A program made the translations under genes and the position numbers. Below, in pieces: positions 6,392 through 16,356 of a stretch of DNA of 38,212 bases. The DNA comes from a virus (taxonomy: Duplodnaviria; Caudoviricetes): positions 1 through 38,212 of IMG/VR virus record IMGVR_UViG_3300016665_000162. One strand, written 5' to 3'. The notes under the pieces were generated by a model. It did not search any database. It saw only the letters and a program-made list of their open reading frames with translations, and had not been told where the DNA came from. Numbering within the stretch: position 1 is the stretch's first letter; every line of letters starts with the position of its first letter.

Positions 6392-8299
6392 TCACTGGGC
6401 TGCCACCGCGGGTACGCCGCGCAGCAGCGCCAGCAGTTGCTGCTGGGCAGGGCTCAAGGGTTGGCCAGCGTCGACCTGCCGCTGCAGGATCTGCAGCATT
6501 CGCTGCGGGTTCTGCAACGCCTCAGCTAGCGCCTGTTCTTCCAGGCCCTTGACGTAATCGACCGCGCGCGTCGTTAGCGTGCTAGCCGCGCCTTGCGCTG
6601 GGCCAGCCACGCGCGACAAAGCCTCTCCAGCCTGCTGCGCAGCTGCAGCCGCAAAGGTGTCGCTGGCCGTGTTGCTGCCGCCGCCGCCGGTAGCTGAACG
6701 CTTGACGGCCTGCACGATGCCCTGCTGGCGCAGGGCGCCCAGCACGGCTTCAAGGCGGGCGTTGGCGGTTGGGTCCAGCACAAGCTCACTTCGAGGCCCG
6801 CGCGCCGCGTCCAGAGCCCGCCCAAGGCCCGCTTCGGTGACCTTGGGTACGTCACCGGCCGCATCGGCTGCAACGCCCCGTACGCGGCCCGTAGACGGGT
6901 CGATGAAGGCTTCCCGAACCTTGCCTGCGGCCTGCGAAGAGCGGACGATGTCGCTATCGCGCTTGTAGCCGCCCAGCACGTCCTGCCAGCGCCCACCGGT
7001 AGCGTTGTTGAGGATGCCGTCCACCTCGCGCAGCACGCTCATCGTCGCCGGGCTTTCACGCGGTGCGGCCTGGTACGCATTGGTCGGCACCATCGGCGCC
7101 TTGCTCGCCAGGTTGGCGCGGATCGTCGCCAGGTGCTCAGGCCGGAAGTCGGCCCCGAGGCGGTCGATTTCGTCGGCCAGCTGGCTCAGCATGTTGCGCA
7201 CGGCCGGGTTGCTGGCCTCTGCCGATCGCGCGGCCGCGTCCAGGTTCGCTCGGAACCCCGCCAAGTCGCGCATGAACGCCTGATCGTTCACCGAGCTCAT
7301 AGCCTGGTTGAAGAGCCGGTCGCGGTTGGCCGATCGCAATGACCGCCGGGCGGTTAGATCGTCTGCCCCGCGCGTCGCCGCCATGATTTCGTCGCTGACC
7401 GCACGCGCCTGGCCTTGGTCGAAGTCGTACCAGTTGGCGCCCGAACGGGCGCGACTGCCGGCCTCAAGGCGCGCCAACTGCGGGTCGCCGATAGCCGCTG
7501 CGGTGCTCAATGGAATCGGGCCCTGCTGCGCACCACGCAAGCGCGCCAGCGTCTGCTGCAACACGACGTCGGGGTCGCCTCCTTGGTCGGTCAGGCTGCG
7601 CATCACACGCTCGCCCGCTCGGGCCTCCCCGCCGCCGCGCGTCACCATTTTGCGCACCTGAGAGCCGCCAGCCAGCACAACTGGCGCGGCCGCGCTCAGG
7701 GCAGCCCCCTGCAGCACGTTGGAACCCCTGCTCTCGCCTTCTGCCAGCGGATCCAAGGCGCCAAGCGCGCCGCCCGTGAGCACAGCATCACCTGCCAGCG
7801 CCACAGTGCCGGCGCGCGCCGGCGTAGCCGCGCGCATCAGCCCCAGAGCCCGAGGCAGGGCAGTCACGGCGCGAGCAGCCGCCCCCACCGGCAGCGCCAG
7901 CGTCGGCGCGACGTTGCCGCCCACCTGCAGCCCCTTGCCCACAAGCGCGCCGCCAGGCGCAGAGGCCGCGAGCTGCTCATCGAGCTTGCGCTTGTTGCCA
8001 ACCTCGGTGCGCATCGCCGCCTTCTGCTCATCCGTGCCCGCGGCGTCGGTGAAGAGTTGGCGCACGCCGGTGGCCAAGTCAGACATGCCCGCGCCGATGT
8101 TGGCCAGCACCTTCTGCGTCCCGCTCATGCCGGCCGTAGGGTCAGGGCGCTGCGTGTCGTACTCAATCTGGTTGTAGAACTGCGCCGCAGGCATGTCGCT
8201 GTAAAAGCGCTTGCGCACCGCCATGAGCAGCTCGTCGTCTCCGATGTCGGAGTACATCGGGAACTTGGCACGAACGTCGGAGAGCCTGATCTTGTCCAT
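6392..8299 (-). CDS. Putative internal virion/DNA ejection protein
   Basis: Large Ala-rich helical protein; position between other ejection genes and the fibre, as in podoviruses. Confidence 0.65.
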   Translation of the reverse strand: MDKIRLSDVRAKFPMYSDIGDDELLMAVRKRFYSDMPAAQFYNQIEYDTQRPDPTAGMSGTQKVLANIGAGMSDLATGVRQLFTDAAGTDEQKAAMRTEVGNKRKLDEQLAASAPGGALVGKGLQVGGNVAPTLALPVGAAARAVTALPRALGLMRAATPARAGTVALAGDAVLTGGALGALDPLAEGESRGSNVLQGAALSAAAPVVLAGGSQVRKMVTRGGGEARAGERVMRSLTDQGGDPDVVLQQTLARLRGAQQGPIPLSTAAAIGDPQLARLEAGSRARSGANWYDFDQGQARAVSDEIMAATRGADDLTARRSLRSANRDRLFNQAMSSVNDQAFMRDLAGFRANLDAAARSAEASNPAVRNMLSQLADEIDRLGADFRPEHLATIRANLASKAPMVPTNAYQAAPRESPATMSVLREVDGILNNATGGRWQDVLGGYKRDSDIVRSSQAAGKVREAFIDPSTGRVRGVAADAAGDVPKVTEAGLGRALDAARGPRSELVLDPTANARLEAVLGALRQQGIVQAVKRSATGGGGSNTASDTFAAAAAQQAGEALSRVAGPAQGAASTLTTRAVDYVKGLEEQALAEALQNPQRMLQILQRQVDAGQPLSPAQQQLLALLRGVPAVAAQ

Positions 8300-9411
8300 C
8301 ACTTGGGCTTCCTTCTCATGCCCAGCGGATCGTCAACAGCAGGCCCGCCGCCGCCAGGCGCCGCCGAAGCGCCCATTGGCAGCACGTCTTCCACCGGAAT
8401 GTTGTTGCGTTGCGCGATGCCCCGGTAGTAGTCCATCAGGTCGTTGCGGCGCTGGGTGCTGCCCGCAAACAGCTGCTGGGCGATCTGGCGCATGCTGGCC
8501 AACTGGTTGGGAGCTAAGCGAGCTCCGGTCATGATCTGATCAGGCTTCTGCAACAGGCTTTCGAACATGCCGCGCGCTTGCGCGATCAGGGCATATTCCG
8601 ACTCGCGCACGACCGACTCGGGATCAAGCATCTTGCCGAACGCAAACACCAACGACACTTGCTTAGTCGGGTCTTTTGCAATCGTCGGGTCCGTTAGCAG
8701 CGTCAGCACCGTCTCGGCGTGGCGCGTGCCTTCCTGGATCTTGTCCGAACGCTTGGTGAGCTCGTTGCGCAGGTTGGTCGCGCGGGTGAACGCTTTTGAG
8801 TCCTCAGGCTTGGGCTGGTTGATGCGGAAATCGGCAAGCATGCGCTGCGTTTGGACGCCTTGCGCCCGTAGATCGAAATCGCGCTCCTGCTGCGCCAGCC
8901 GGTCCAGCCGCGCCTGCTCAGCGCGCTCCCCCTCGCCGATCTGTTTCTCCAGCCCAAGGGCCTGGCGCTCGAGTGCCGCCCGGCGCGTGTCGCGCGCAGC
9001 GACCGGGTCTTTGATGAACTGCCCCTGCGGGGTCAGCATGCCCCCGCCCACCTTCACCGGCTCGGCCGCTGCCGCCGCGCGCTTGAGGAACTGCGCCTGC
9101 AGCGGCCGAAAGCCCTCGCCAGCGAACTGCGCCGCCAGCGCGTTGAGCGAGGCCATCTCGCCAGCCTGGCCCTGTTGCCGGGCAAACTCCTGCAGGCCCG
9201 ACATGTTGACGTCCTTGCTGTCGATGTCGTCAAGCTCCTGCTGCACCGTACCCAGGCGCTTGCGCATGGCCGCGATCGAGTTAGGCAGCGCTTGGCCTGG
9301 CTGCACCGTGTTGGTCAGCGTGCTGGCCGGCGACGACAGCGCGCCGAACGTCATCGGCAACATGCGCCGCTTGCGCTCTTGCACGTCCTCGGCAAATGTG
9401 AGGTCGTTCAT
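8299..9411 (-). CDS. Putative ejection (DNA transfer) protein
   Basis: Coiled-coil character; FGKMLDPESVVRESE motif; synteny. Confidence 0.65.
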   Translation of the reverse strand: MNDLTFAEDVQERKRRMLPMTFGALSSPASTLTNTVQPGQALPNSIAAMRKRLGTVQQELDDIDSKDVNMSGLQEFARQQGQAGEMASLNALAAQFAGEGFRPLQAQFLKRAAAAAEPVKVGGGMLTPQGQFIKDPVAARDTRRAALERQALGLEKQIGEGERAEQARLDRLAQQERDFDLRAQGVQTQRMLADFRINQPKPEDSKAFTRATNLRNELTKRSDKIQEGTRHAETVLTLLTDPTIAKDPTKQVSLVFAFGKMLDPESVVRESEYALIAQARGMFESLLQKPDQIMTGARLAPNQLASMRQIAQQLFAGSTQRRNDLMDYYRGIAQRNNIPVEDVLPMGASAAPGGGGPAVDDPLGMRRKPK

Positions 9412-9420
9412 CACGTCACC

Positions 9421-9786
9421 TCAGTACGCCGGGCCGTCGCCGTAGGGCAGCGAGTACAGGCTCGGGCTGCCCATGCCGGGCATGTCACCACCGCGCCGCC
9501 GCCGACGCATGTCCTCGAGCGCCTGGCGCTGGCGCTCGTTCATGCTGGCCATCCCCGCGTCCACGCCCTTTTGCTGCTGCCCGGCCATGTACGCCGTGCC
9601 CATCTGCGCGAGCGCGTTGGCGATGCCGGGAGCCACGTAGTGCTTGCCCACCATCTGCCCCTGCATCGGCTGCATGGCCTGGCCGCGCAGCGCCTCCACC
9701 ATGGCCTGCTTGCGCTTGAGCTCGTCCTGCTCCGGGCGCATCGCGCCCATCTGCAGCAAGTAGTCGAACATCAGGTCGTCGTTCAT
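9421..9786 (-). CDS. Small putative internal virion protein
   Basis: 121 aa, Met/Gln/Gly-rich, within the ejection cluster. Confidence 0.6.
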   Translation of the reverse strand: MNDDLMFDYLLQMGAMRPEQDELKRKQAMVEALRGQAMQPMQGQMVGKHYVAPGIANALAQMGTAYMAGQQQKGVDAGMASMNERQRQALEDMRRRRRGGDMPGMGSPSLYSLPYGDGPAY

Positions 9787-9787
9787 C

Positions 9788-11587
9788 TCACAGCCCTCCG
9801 TAGTCCACTTGCAGGAAGCCGCTTGCGTGGCGCTTCACTAGCCCAGGCCGCACGCGCTGCACCTCTTGGGCAATCACACCGCGTTGCTCGATTCCCATCA
9901 TTGTGAACGTGTAGATGCCCACCCCGGTCGGATGAGTGCCCACCCGGCGCAGGTTGCGTTTGAGCCTGCGGTCAGAGAACAGGAACGCCGAGCCCAGCTG
10001 CGCACCCGCGCCCAGCAGGTTTCCAAATGCGGCGTTGCGCGCGTTGGCCGCGCCAAGTGACGCGTCGTACCCCGCCTGCGTGGCCTGCAGGATCTGCGGC
10101 GTCTCTGCGCGCCCCGCAGTGTTGAAGCTGGGCATCTGCGGCATGCCCACTTGTTGGCCGCTCAGCAGTGCGTTCATCTCGTTGAGCGACATGCCGCGGC
10201 GCTGCATCTGCTCGGCAATGGCCTGCTGGCGCAGCCGGTTCTGGGCGTCGGCAAAGCGCTCGTTCAAACCGAACTGCTGCTGCGCAGCTTGGTTCATCGC
10301 AGCCATGCGCGACTGGTCAAGCGCGGCCGCCTGGCCCAACGCCTGATTCTGGAACTGCCGCGCTTGCAGGTCTTGGTTGAACTGCTGGCCTGCCGCCTGG
10401 TTTGCCAGATTGGCCTGGCCCATCATCTGGTTGAACGCCTGCTGCTGCGCGTTGTTGCCAAAGTTGAACGCCCCCAGCGTCTGGCCGTAGGCTTGATTGA
10501 TGGCCTGGTTGCGCAAGTTGGCGTTGGCCATGTCTTGGCCAAACTGCTGCCCCATGGCCTGATTGCCGGCCTGTTGCGCCTGCATGGCTTGATTGAACGC
10601 TTGCCCGGTTGCCTGGTTGGCAAACTGGTTGGCGCTCAGGCCCTGGTTGAATGCCTGTTGCGCTGCTGCATTCACAAACTGGCCGCCGGTGACATCCTCA
10701 TTGAACGCCTGCTGACGTGAACCCATTCCCATGTTGAACAGGCGCTGCGCCTCGTTGCCGGCCATGTCCAGCGCGTTGAAGCGCTCGGCAGCCTGGCGCT
10801 GATTGAGCTCATCCAGCGCTCGCTTGTAGCCCTCGCTGCCGACCGTGAAGCCTTGGTTGGCAAGGCGCGACTCGAGCTGCTGCTGCTGGTAGTCATGCAC
10901 GGGCTGCATGCGCTGCATGAGCTGGCCCGCCACGGTGTCACGGTAACTGCTGTCGAACTGAGGCAAGGCCGGGTTGTCGCCCATGTTCAGGCCGCGCTGC
11001 ACGCCTTCAGTGTTGGTCGAGCGGCGCAAGTCGCCAGTCATGCCGCTGAATCTCGTGTTGAGCGGCTGCGCGTTGACCCCGCTCACCATGCCCTCAGTCA
11101 TGGGCGACATCGACATCTGCGGGCCGCCTAGGTTGAATCCGCTCACAACCTGATTGGCGCGCGAGGAAACATCCGTCTGCAGCCCAGGCGTGTAGTCGGT
11201 GAGCCCCGTCATCAGGCCGCCCGGCGCGTTGAGCTGCGCCATTTGCGGCAGGCTGGCGTAATCAAACGGCTGCGCGTACTCCTGCGCCACACGGTTCATG
11301 AAGCCGCCAGCCAGCTGGCTGCGGTTGTTCTGCAGGCCGATCTGCGAATCAAGCGCGGCCTGCAGGCCGGGCGCCAGCGACGTGTTCTGCGTCCACGTGG
11401 TGACGGCCTGGCCCGTTGCCGGATCGACACCCTGCCCAGTCGACCACGTCTGCGAGCCAAATGGCGTGGTAACGGTTGGCCGGTTGGCGAAGTTCTGCGC
11501 CGTCGTCGCACGCTCCGACGCCTGCGCTTGCGCAGTGGCCGCACCGAGATAGTCAGGCGCAGGTGGCGCCGATCCTTTGCCGCCCAT
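9788..11587 (-). CDS. Gln/Asn-rich ejection/pilot protein with C-terminal S74-like domain
   Basis: MGGKGSAPPAPDY start, 18-aa Q/N repeats, FSDRRLKRN...GVIAQEV...VDY. Confidence 0.75.
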   Translation of the reverse strand: MGGKGSAPPAPDYLGAATAQAQASERATTAQNFANRPTVTTPFGSQTWSTGQGVDPATGQAVTTWTQNTSLAPGLQAALDSQIGLQNNRSQLAGGFMNRVAQEYAQPFDYASLPQMAQLNAPGGLMTGLTDYTPGLQTDVSSRANQVVSGFNLGGPQMSMSPMTEGMVSGVNAQPLNTRFSGMTGDLRRSTNTEGVQRGLNMGDNPALPQFDSSYRDTVAGQLMQRMQPVHDYQQQQLESRLANQGFTVGSEGYKRALDELNQRQAAERFNALDMAGNEAQRLFNMGMGSRQQAFNEDVTGGQFVNAAAQQAFNQGLSANQFANQATGQAFNQAMQAQQAGNQAMGQQFGQDMANANLRNQAINQAYGQTLGAFNFGNNAQQQAFNQMMGQANLANQAAGQQFNQDLQARQFQNQALGQAAALDQSRMAAMNQAAQQQFGLNERFADAQNRLRQQAIAEQMQRRGMSLNEMNALLSGQQVGMPQMPSFNTAGRAETPQILQATQAGYDASLGAANARNAAFGNLLGAGAQLGSAFLFSDRRLKRNLRRVGTHPTGVGIYTFTMMGIEQRGVIAQEVQRVRPGLVKRHASGFLQVDYGGL

Positions 11588-11993
11588 GAGCGTCCTCCTT
11601 GATCCACCGGCACTCATCGTGCCGCATTTCGAACATCACGCAGTCCACCGTCTCAGCGATGCGCCGAAACCCGAGCCGCTCGTTCATCCGTAGCGCCTCG
11701 TTGAGGTGCTTGGGCGTCAGGCCGTAGACTGCTTCCATGCCGCAGTCGATGAACGGGTAGCGAAACGCCACGCGCCACAGGTCACGCGTCAGCCCGTGCG
11801 AGTTGTCAAAGGCCACGTGCATCCAGCACGAGCTCGTCGCCCAAGCGTTGTAGGCCACCGCGGACGCGATGGTCCCGTCGTCTCGCATGGCCGCGATCGC
11901 GCGCAGGTCCGAGCTCCACGGCAGGCGCGTGCGCTTGTGCATCCACTCCCACACGACGGGACGCTCGCCGGGCTTGTCGGTCACCAGCTTCAT
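11553..11993 (-). CDS. GNAT-like acetyltransferase-fold virion assembly protein
   Basis: AFRYPF...NEALRMNERLGFR...ECRWI; typical position between nozzle and ejection genes. Confidence 0.72.
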   Translation of the reverse strand: MKLVTDKPGERPVVWEWMHKRTRLPWSSDLRAIAAMRDDGTIASAVAYNAWATSSCWMHVAFDNSHGLTRDLWRVAFRYPFIDCGMEAVYGLTPKHLNEALRMNERLGFRRIAETVDCVMFEMRHDECRWIKEDAHGRQRIGATCA

Positions 11994-12751
11994 CGTTCCT
12001 CGTCAAACTCAGGGAATAGCACCGGCGTCTCGGCTGGGCCGGTCAGCAGCTCGCGCGAGATGTCTTCGAACAGCAGCATCTCCAGCAGTTCCTGGTCCGT
12101 CAGTTGGTCGTCAGGCTGCAGCTGGTTGACGAACTCGTCGGGCAACGACACCGGCTCGCTCGCAGGCGGCTCAATGACGATGTCCAGCGGCTCGATGGGC
12201 ACAGGCATTAGCTCTGGCACCTCCATGTCATCGACAAGCGGCGGCTCATCCGGCAGCTCAGGCATAGGCATGGGCGTCACCGGCACCGGCCCCTCGGGCA
12301 CCAGCGGGCCGAGGTCAACGAACTCCAGCTCGGGCTGATCAGGCACAGGAAACGTCTGCGCAGGCTCAGACTCGGCAGGCGAACCTGCGGGTGGCTCCAC
12401 CGGGTCTGGCCCCCACAGGTCGTCGGTGTGGTCCGGCACTTCGGGCTCGGTGGGACCGATGGGCATGACCGGGACGAACGGAGGCGTGAAGTCCGGCGGT
12501 GGCGCCACACCACCTGCAGGCGGTGCAGGCGACTGCGCTGGCGCAGGAGGCGGCACGTACGGCGCGGGCGGCGGTGCAGGCGGCACCACGTTCAGGTTGC
12601 CGTCAGGCAGGCCCGCACCACGCCAAAAGTTCAGCGCGGGCATGGTGGGCACAACCGGGTTGGGCAGCAGCGTGACGCCCGGGTTGCTTGTGCCGAACGC
12701 AGGCGAGGCGCCGCGCAGGCTTTGAATCAGCGCGCTTTGGTAGTCGGCCAT
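11990..12751 (-). CDS. Pro-rich, highly acidic low-complexity protein (253 aa)
   Basis: ATG 1 nt after nozzle stop, ATGA overlap with GNAT; no Lys or Cys. Confidence 0.65.
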   Translation of the reverse strand: MADYQSALIQSLRGASPAFGTSNPGVTLLPNPVVPTMPALNFWRGAGLPDGNLNVVPPAPPPAPYVPPPAPAQSPAPPAGGVAPPPDFTPPFVPVMPIGPTEPEVPDHTDDLWGPDPVEPPAGSPAESEPAQTFPVPDQPELEFVDLGPLVPEGPVPVTPMPMPELPDEPPLVDDMEVPELMPVPIEPLDIVIEPPASEPVSLPDEFVNQLQPDDQLTDQELLEMLLFEDISRELLTGPAETPVLFPEFDEER

Positions 12752-12752
12752 G

Positions 12753-14366
12753 TCACATCCCCCCACCAGGCTCGACCAGCATGTTGGCCGACAGAAACAG
12801 CGTGCCAGGCAGGCCACGCATCTTCATGCGTAGCGAGCCGAAGTACCCCAAGCCGGTGAGCCCGAGCCACGCCTCATACGTGTTGCTGGCCGTCCAACGC
12901 GCCGTGTCCCACCGTCCCGAGTCCCAACCGGCCGTGGCGCTCGGCGTGAAGGAAGGAAACCCGCTGACGTCGGTGTAGGCGTACTGCGTGTTGATCGTGG
13001 CCTTGACTGCAGGCGCCAGCGAGCCGTAGAAGATTGGCTTGGCCATGCTGAACTTCTTCAGCAGCGCTGGCGCGCCAAACGGGTTGAACGCGCACTGCAC
13101 ATCGCCCACGGGGTACGAGCCGCCAGAGCCGGCCTGGGACACGCCGTCAAGGTTGCCGTACAAGCCCTTGGCTGTCGTGCCGTTGAGCAGTCCAAAGTAC
13201 ATCTGGCCGCCCAACACCGCGGCATTGCGAATCGGCAGGTTGCTGAACTCGCACCACGCGCCGGTGGTCATGTTCATCGCAAACTGGCGATAGATTCCAG
13301 ACGCATCCACCGGCAGACAGATCAGCAACACCTCGCTCGACGCAACCGTTACCACCGACCAGTACGGAGAGGCCCGCAGGGTGCGCACCAGCGGCGCAAA
13401 AGTCGTCTGGATCTTGGCCGCGGGGCCGATGTTCTGGTTGTCGGCACTGAACTGGCCCGTGAAGACGCGCGACATGGGCACAAGGCCCAGCTCGCTCACG
13501 ATCATCACGTCGCCGCCGAACTGCGTGAAGTACACGCCGCGCGTAGGGACCGGCCCGATGTACCACGTGCCGACAATGCCAAACGTGGACGAGCTCGTCG
13601 GATCGGTGCCCTGCCACACGCTGACGTCGCCCTCGGTGCCAATGACGACCATGTAGTCGTCCACGCTGATGCCCGCGTCCGTCGTCCAGTTGACGATCGC
13701 GCTCACGTAGCCGCCGTTGCGCAACGTCGAGCCCATGGGGAACGCTGTTACCGCGCCCGTGATGGCGTCCACCGCGCCGATGTAGTACACGTTGCCGTCG
13801 CCAGCCGTGAACCACACCCGGCGCTTCCACACCGCCACAGTGCGCACGCTCGTGGGCAAGCCCGTTGTCGTCCCTGTGCGATTGACCCAGCCGCTCGAGG
13901 CGCTGTAGGTCCAGTACCCAGCACCAGGCGACACCGCCAGCAGGAACGTGTCCGCGGACGTTGTGAATTGCGTCACCCACCACTCATTGGCAGCGCTGCC
14001 CGTCGTGCTGGCCGACACCGATGGCGTCCCGCCCGTGGTGATGTCGTAGATGTTGCCGTTGGCGGCCATGAACACCTTGTCGTTGGCGCTGGCCGGCGCC
14101 TTGTAGACGAAGATGCTGTCCACCGACTGCGCAACGCCGGCCACCGTCACTGCGCTGCTGTGCTCCTGGTAGCCCTTGCGCAGCTCCACGCCTTGCTGGC
14201 GCGGGATAAGGTTGTTGAGCACGGGCGCGTCGCGCACGTCCATGGCGCTGATTGGATCGCGCGTGTTCAAGCCGCCCACCGGCGCAGGAATGATCTGCGC
14301 CTGCGCGACCTGGGCGGCCGCCGACCTCCGCGGGGCCTTGAAGGGCTTGAGCGGAACCAGGGGCAT
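12753..14366 (-). CDS. Tail nozzle / packaged-DNA stabilization protein (P22 gp10 / T7 gp12-like)
   Basis: PAPVGGLNTRD start, beta-rich 537 aa, WDSGRWD near C-terminus; follows adaptor. Confidence 0.75.
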   Translation of the reverse strand: MPLVPLKPFKAPRRSAAAQVAQAQIIPAPVGGLNTRDPISAMDVRDAPVLNNLIPRQQGVELRKGYQEHSSAVTVAGVAQSVDSIFVYKAPASANDKVFMAANGNIYDITTGGTPSVSASTTGSAANEWWVTQFTTSADTFLLAVSPGAGYWTYSASSGWVNRTGTTTGLPTSVRTVAVWKRRVWFTAGDGNVYYIGAVDAITGAVTAFPMGSTLRNGGYVSAIVNWTTDAGISVDDYMVVIGTEGDVSVWQGTDPTSSSTFGIVGTWYIGPVPTRGVYFTQFGGDVMIVSELGLVPMSRVFTGQFSADNQNIGPAAKIQTTFAPLVRTLRASPYWSVVTVASSEVLLICLPVDASGIYRQFAMNMTTGAWCEFSNLPIRNAAVLGGQMYFGLLNGTTAKGLYGNLDGVSQAGSGGSYPVGDVQCAFNPFGAPALLKKFSMAKPIFYGSLAPAVKATINTQYAYTDVSGFPSFTPSATAGWDSGRWDTARWTASNTYEAWLGLTGLGYFGSLRMKMRGLPGTLFLSANMLVEPGGGM

Positions 14367-14371
14367 GGCGC

Positions 14372-15127
14372 TCAGGCCGTCACACCGTACCCGGTGTCAG
14401 GCGTGTTGGTCAGGGGCTGGATCAGCGGGATGCGGAACGTGCGAGCCATGCTCAGCACTGGCGCCCCCTTTTTGGCCCCGCAGCGGTTCTCAAAGCTGAT
14501 CTGGAAGTCGCGCATGGCCGCGCTGCTGTCCAGTCCCTTCATCTCAAGCCACTTGGCGCGCGCGTACTGGGTAACCAGCAGCGGGTCGAGCTGCACCACG
14601 TCGCCATTCTTCTGGACGCGGTTCTTGTACAGCGTCGCGTCGTCGGCGTCCTGCACCCAAGCCTGGCTCAGGTAGAAGAACTTCATTGTCTGGGCCGACG
14701 ACGGCGGCGCCAGGACGTAAAGCTGGTTGCCGCGCACCTGCCAGTAGAACGACAGCGTTGGCAACGCTGTGCGGATCAGCAGCTGCTGCCAGAACTGGGG
14801 CGACACCGGCCCAATGCTCGGCAGCTGGTTGGTCGCGTTCCAGTTGGTCTGGTCAACCCAGTCGAAGAAGTCGTCAGGCAGCGCAAACGCGCGCTCTTTC
14901 TGACCAGGTGTGGAAGCCGAGATGCTGACGTCGAAGTTCTTGGTGAGCTCCTGCCATTCGTACATCGAGAGCAGGTCGACGCCGGCCACGTTGACAGCCT
15001 GCACCATCTGTTGCACAGCCGGGTCCGTACTACCCGCCGGATCGGCAGGGGCCGGAAACGCGACCATGTTGGCCACGTTGGTGACGATGGCCAGCAGGGT
15101 GTTCTCGGTGACCGCCTGGAAGGCCAT
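14372..15127 (-). CDS. Head-tail adaptor (tail tubular A-like)
   Basis: EWQELT...ALPDDF...WN...GPVSPQFWQ; synteny. Confidence 0.7.
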   Translation of the reverse strand: MAFQAVTENTLLAIVTNVANMVAFPAPADPAGSTDPAVQQMVQAVNVAGVDLLSMYEWQELTKNFDVSISASTPGQKERAFALPDDFFDWVDQTNWNATNQLPSIGPVSPQFWQQLLIRTALPTLSFYWQVRGNQLYVLAPPSSAQTMKFFYLSQAWVQDADDATLYKNRVQKNGDVVQLDPLLVTQYARAKWLEMKGLDSSAAMRDFQISFENRCGAKKGAPVLSMARTFRIPLIQPLTNTPDTGYGVTA

Positions 15128-15141
15128 CGGGTGCTCCTACG

Positions 15142-15762
15142 TCAGCTTGCCTCGGCCTGAGCCAGCGCGCGCTTGCCCGGCATCTTTGCCTGCTGCGCCT
15201 GAGCCTGCAGCGCCTCGACCATGGTCTTGAGCGTCTCGATCTGCTCGTCGCGCTTGGCGAGCTCCGCGTTCATGCGCTCCACCGGCGCGTTGCCCGCGGC
15301 GACTTCCAGGAACGCCTTGGCGCGCGCCTTGTCAGCCTGGAACGACATGAACTTCTGGCCCACGTTGTCGGCCGCGCCGGCGAGCTGCTCGACGGTTTTG
15401 ATCTGGAAATAGCCGTACTCAGCGACCTTGGCTGGGGTCATCGTGGGCAGCGCCGACAGGGGCGTGCCGTCCACAGCCTGCGCCTGGCCTGCGCGCCACT
15501 TGGCAAGCCTGTCTGCAAAGCGAATCTCGTCGATCGCGTCCACCGGACGGTGGATGATGTTGTTCTTGTCGCCCGGGATGTGGATGCGCACGAAGTCACG
15601 TTCTTCGTAGATGGCGCGGCCGGCCTGCTGCGACTTGAAAGGGTGCAGCACAGGCACGCGATGAAACTCGACGTGTAGCCGCGCGTCCTCCGACCAACGC
15701 GACGGGTCGGGCGTGGCCATGACGGGCGGGGTAATGAACTGTTCTGGCGTGGCGGGTTGCAT
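15142..15762 (-). CDS. Conserved hypothetical protein of head module
   Basis: GRAIYEERDFVRIHIPGD, GTPL, IKTVEQLA motifs; AAGGA SD. Confidence 0.7.
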   Translation of the reverse strand: MQPATPEQFITPPVMATPDPSRWSEDARLHVEFHRVPVLHPFKSQQAGRAIYEERDFVRIHIPGDKNNIIHRPVDAIDEIRFADRLAKWRAGQAQAVDGTPLSALPTMTPAKVAEYGYFQIKTVEQLAGAADNVGQKFMSFQADKARAKAFLEVAAGNAPVERMNAELAKRDEQIETLKTMVEALQAQAQQAKMPGKRALAQAEAS

Positions 15763-15792
15763 GTGGTTTTGTCCTTGTAGTGGTGAAGCACG

Positions 15793-15822
15793 CAAGGGCG
15801 GCAGCCGAAGCCACCGCCCTTG
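15793..15822 (-). terminator. Stable cUUCGg hairpin after capsid accessory gene (no U-tract)
   Basis: CAAGGGCGGTGGC-TTCG-GCTGCCGCCCTTG on the minus strand. Confidence 0.55.
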
Positions 15823-15832
15823 TCACGAAACG

Positions 15833-16339
15833 TCAGAGCGTGCGGCCGACCGTCGGATACGAGAACGTCGCGTCAGCGTTGGTCGCTGCAGCGCCGCCCG
15901 TGGCCGTCAGAAGCGTCAGGCCGTTGATGACCTCAGAGCCAGCGGTGGCGTCGTCATCCACAGCGCCGTTGGTCGCGGTGCTGTTGAGTTGCGTACCCTT
16001 GGCGGCCGACGCCAGCGTGCGCAGAGAGCCCTTGCCGTAGATCTGGAACCAGCCGTACTCGTTGTCGGCCAGCGCCGCCTGTGCAGCGCCGCAGCGGCTG
16101 CCGGCGCCCGCCGTGCCAGGCGTCGTCGAGGTCGTCGACACCATCGTGAAGTCGAACCCCGTCTCCTCCACGCACAGGTAGCCCAGGCCGGTGACCGCAC
16201 CATCGGCGCGGCCGTAGATGAACTCCTGGTAGCCGTTGGTCGGGTCGTCGTACCCGCCAACAGTGCCCAGGCGAAATGCCGGCACGCCGGTGGCCGCGGT
16301 GATCTGATCCTTGCTCAGTCCGATGACTGCTTGAGCCAT
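15833..16339 (-). CDS. Putative capsid decoration/cement protein
   Basis: Small Ala/Gly/Thr-rich protein directly after MCP; YGWFQIYG motif; AGGAG SD. Confidence 0.65.
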   Translation of the reverse strand: MAQAVIGLSKDQITAATGVPAFRLGTVGGYDDPTNGYQEFIYGRADGAVTGLGYLCVEETGFDFTMVSTTSTTPGTAGAGSRCGAAQAALADNEYGWFQIYGKGSLRTLASAAKGTQLNSTATNGAVDDDATAGSEVINGLTLLTATGGAAATNADATFSYPTVGRTL

Positions 16340-16356
16340 GATGGAACTCCTAAATG

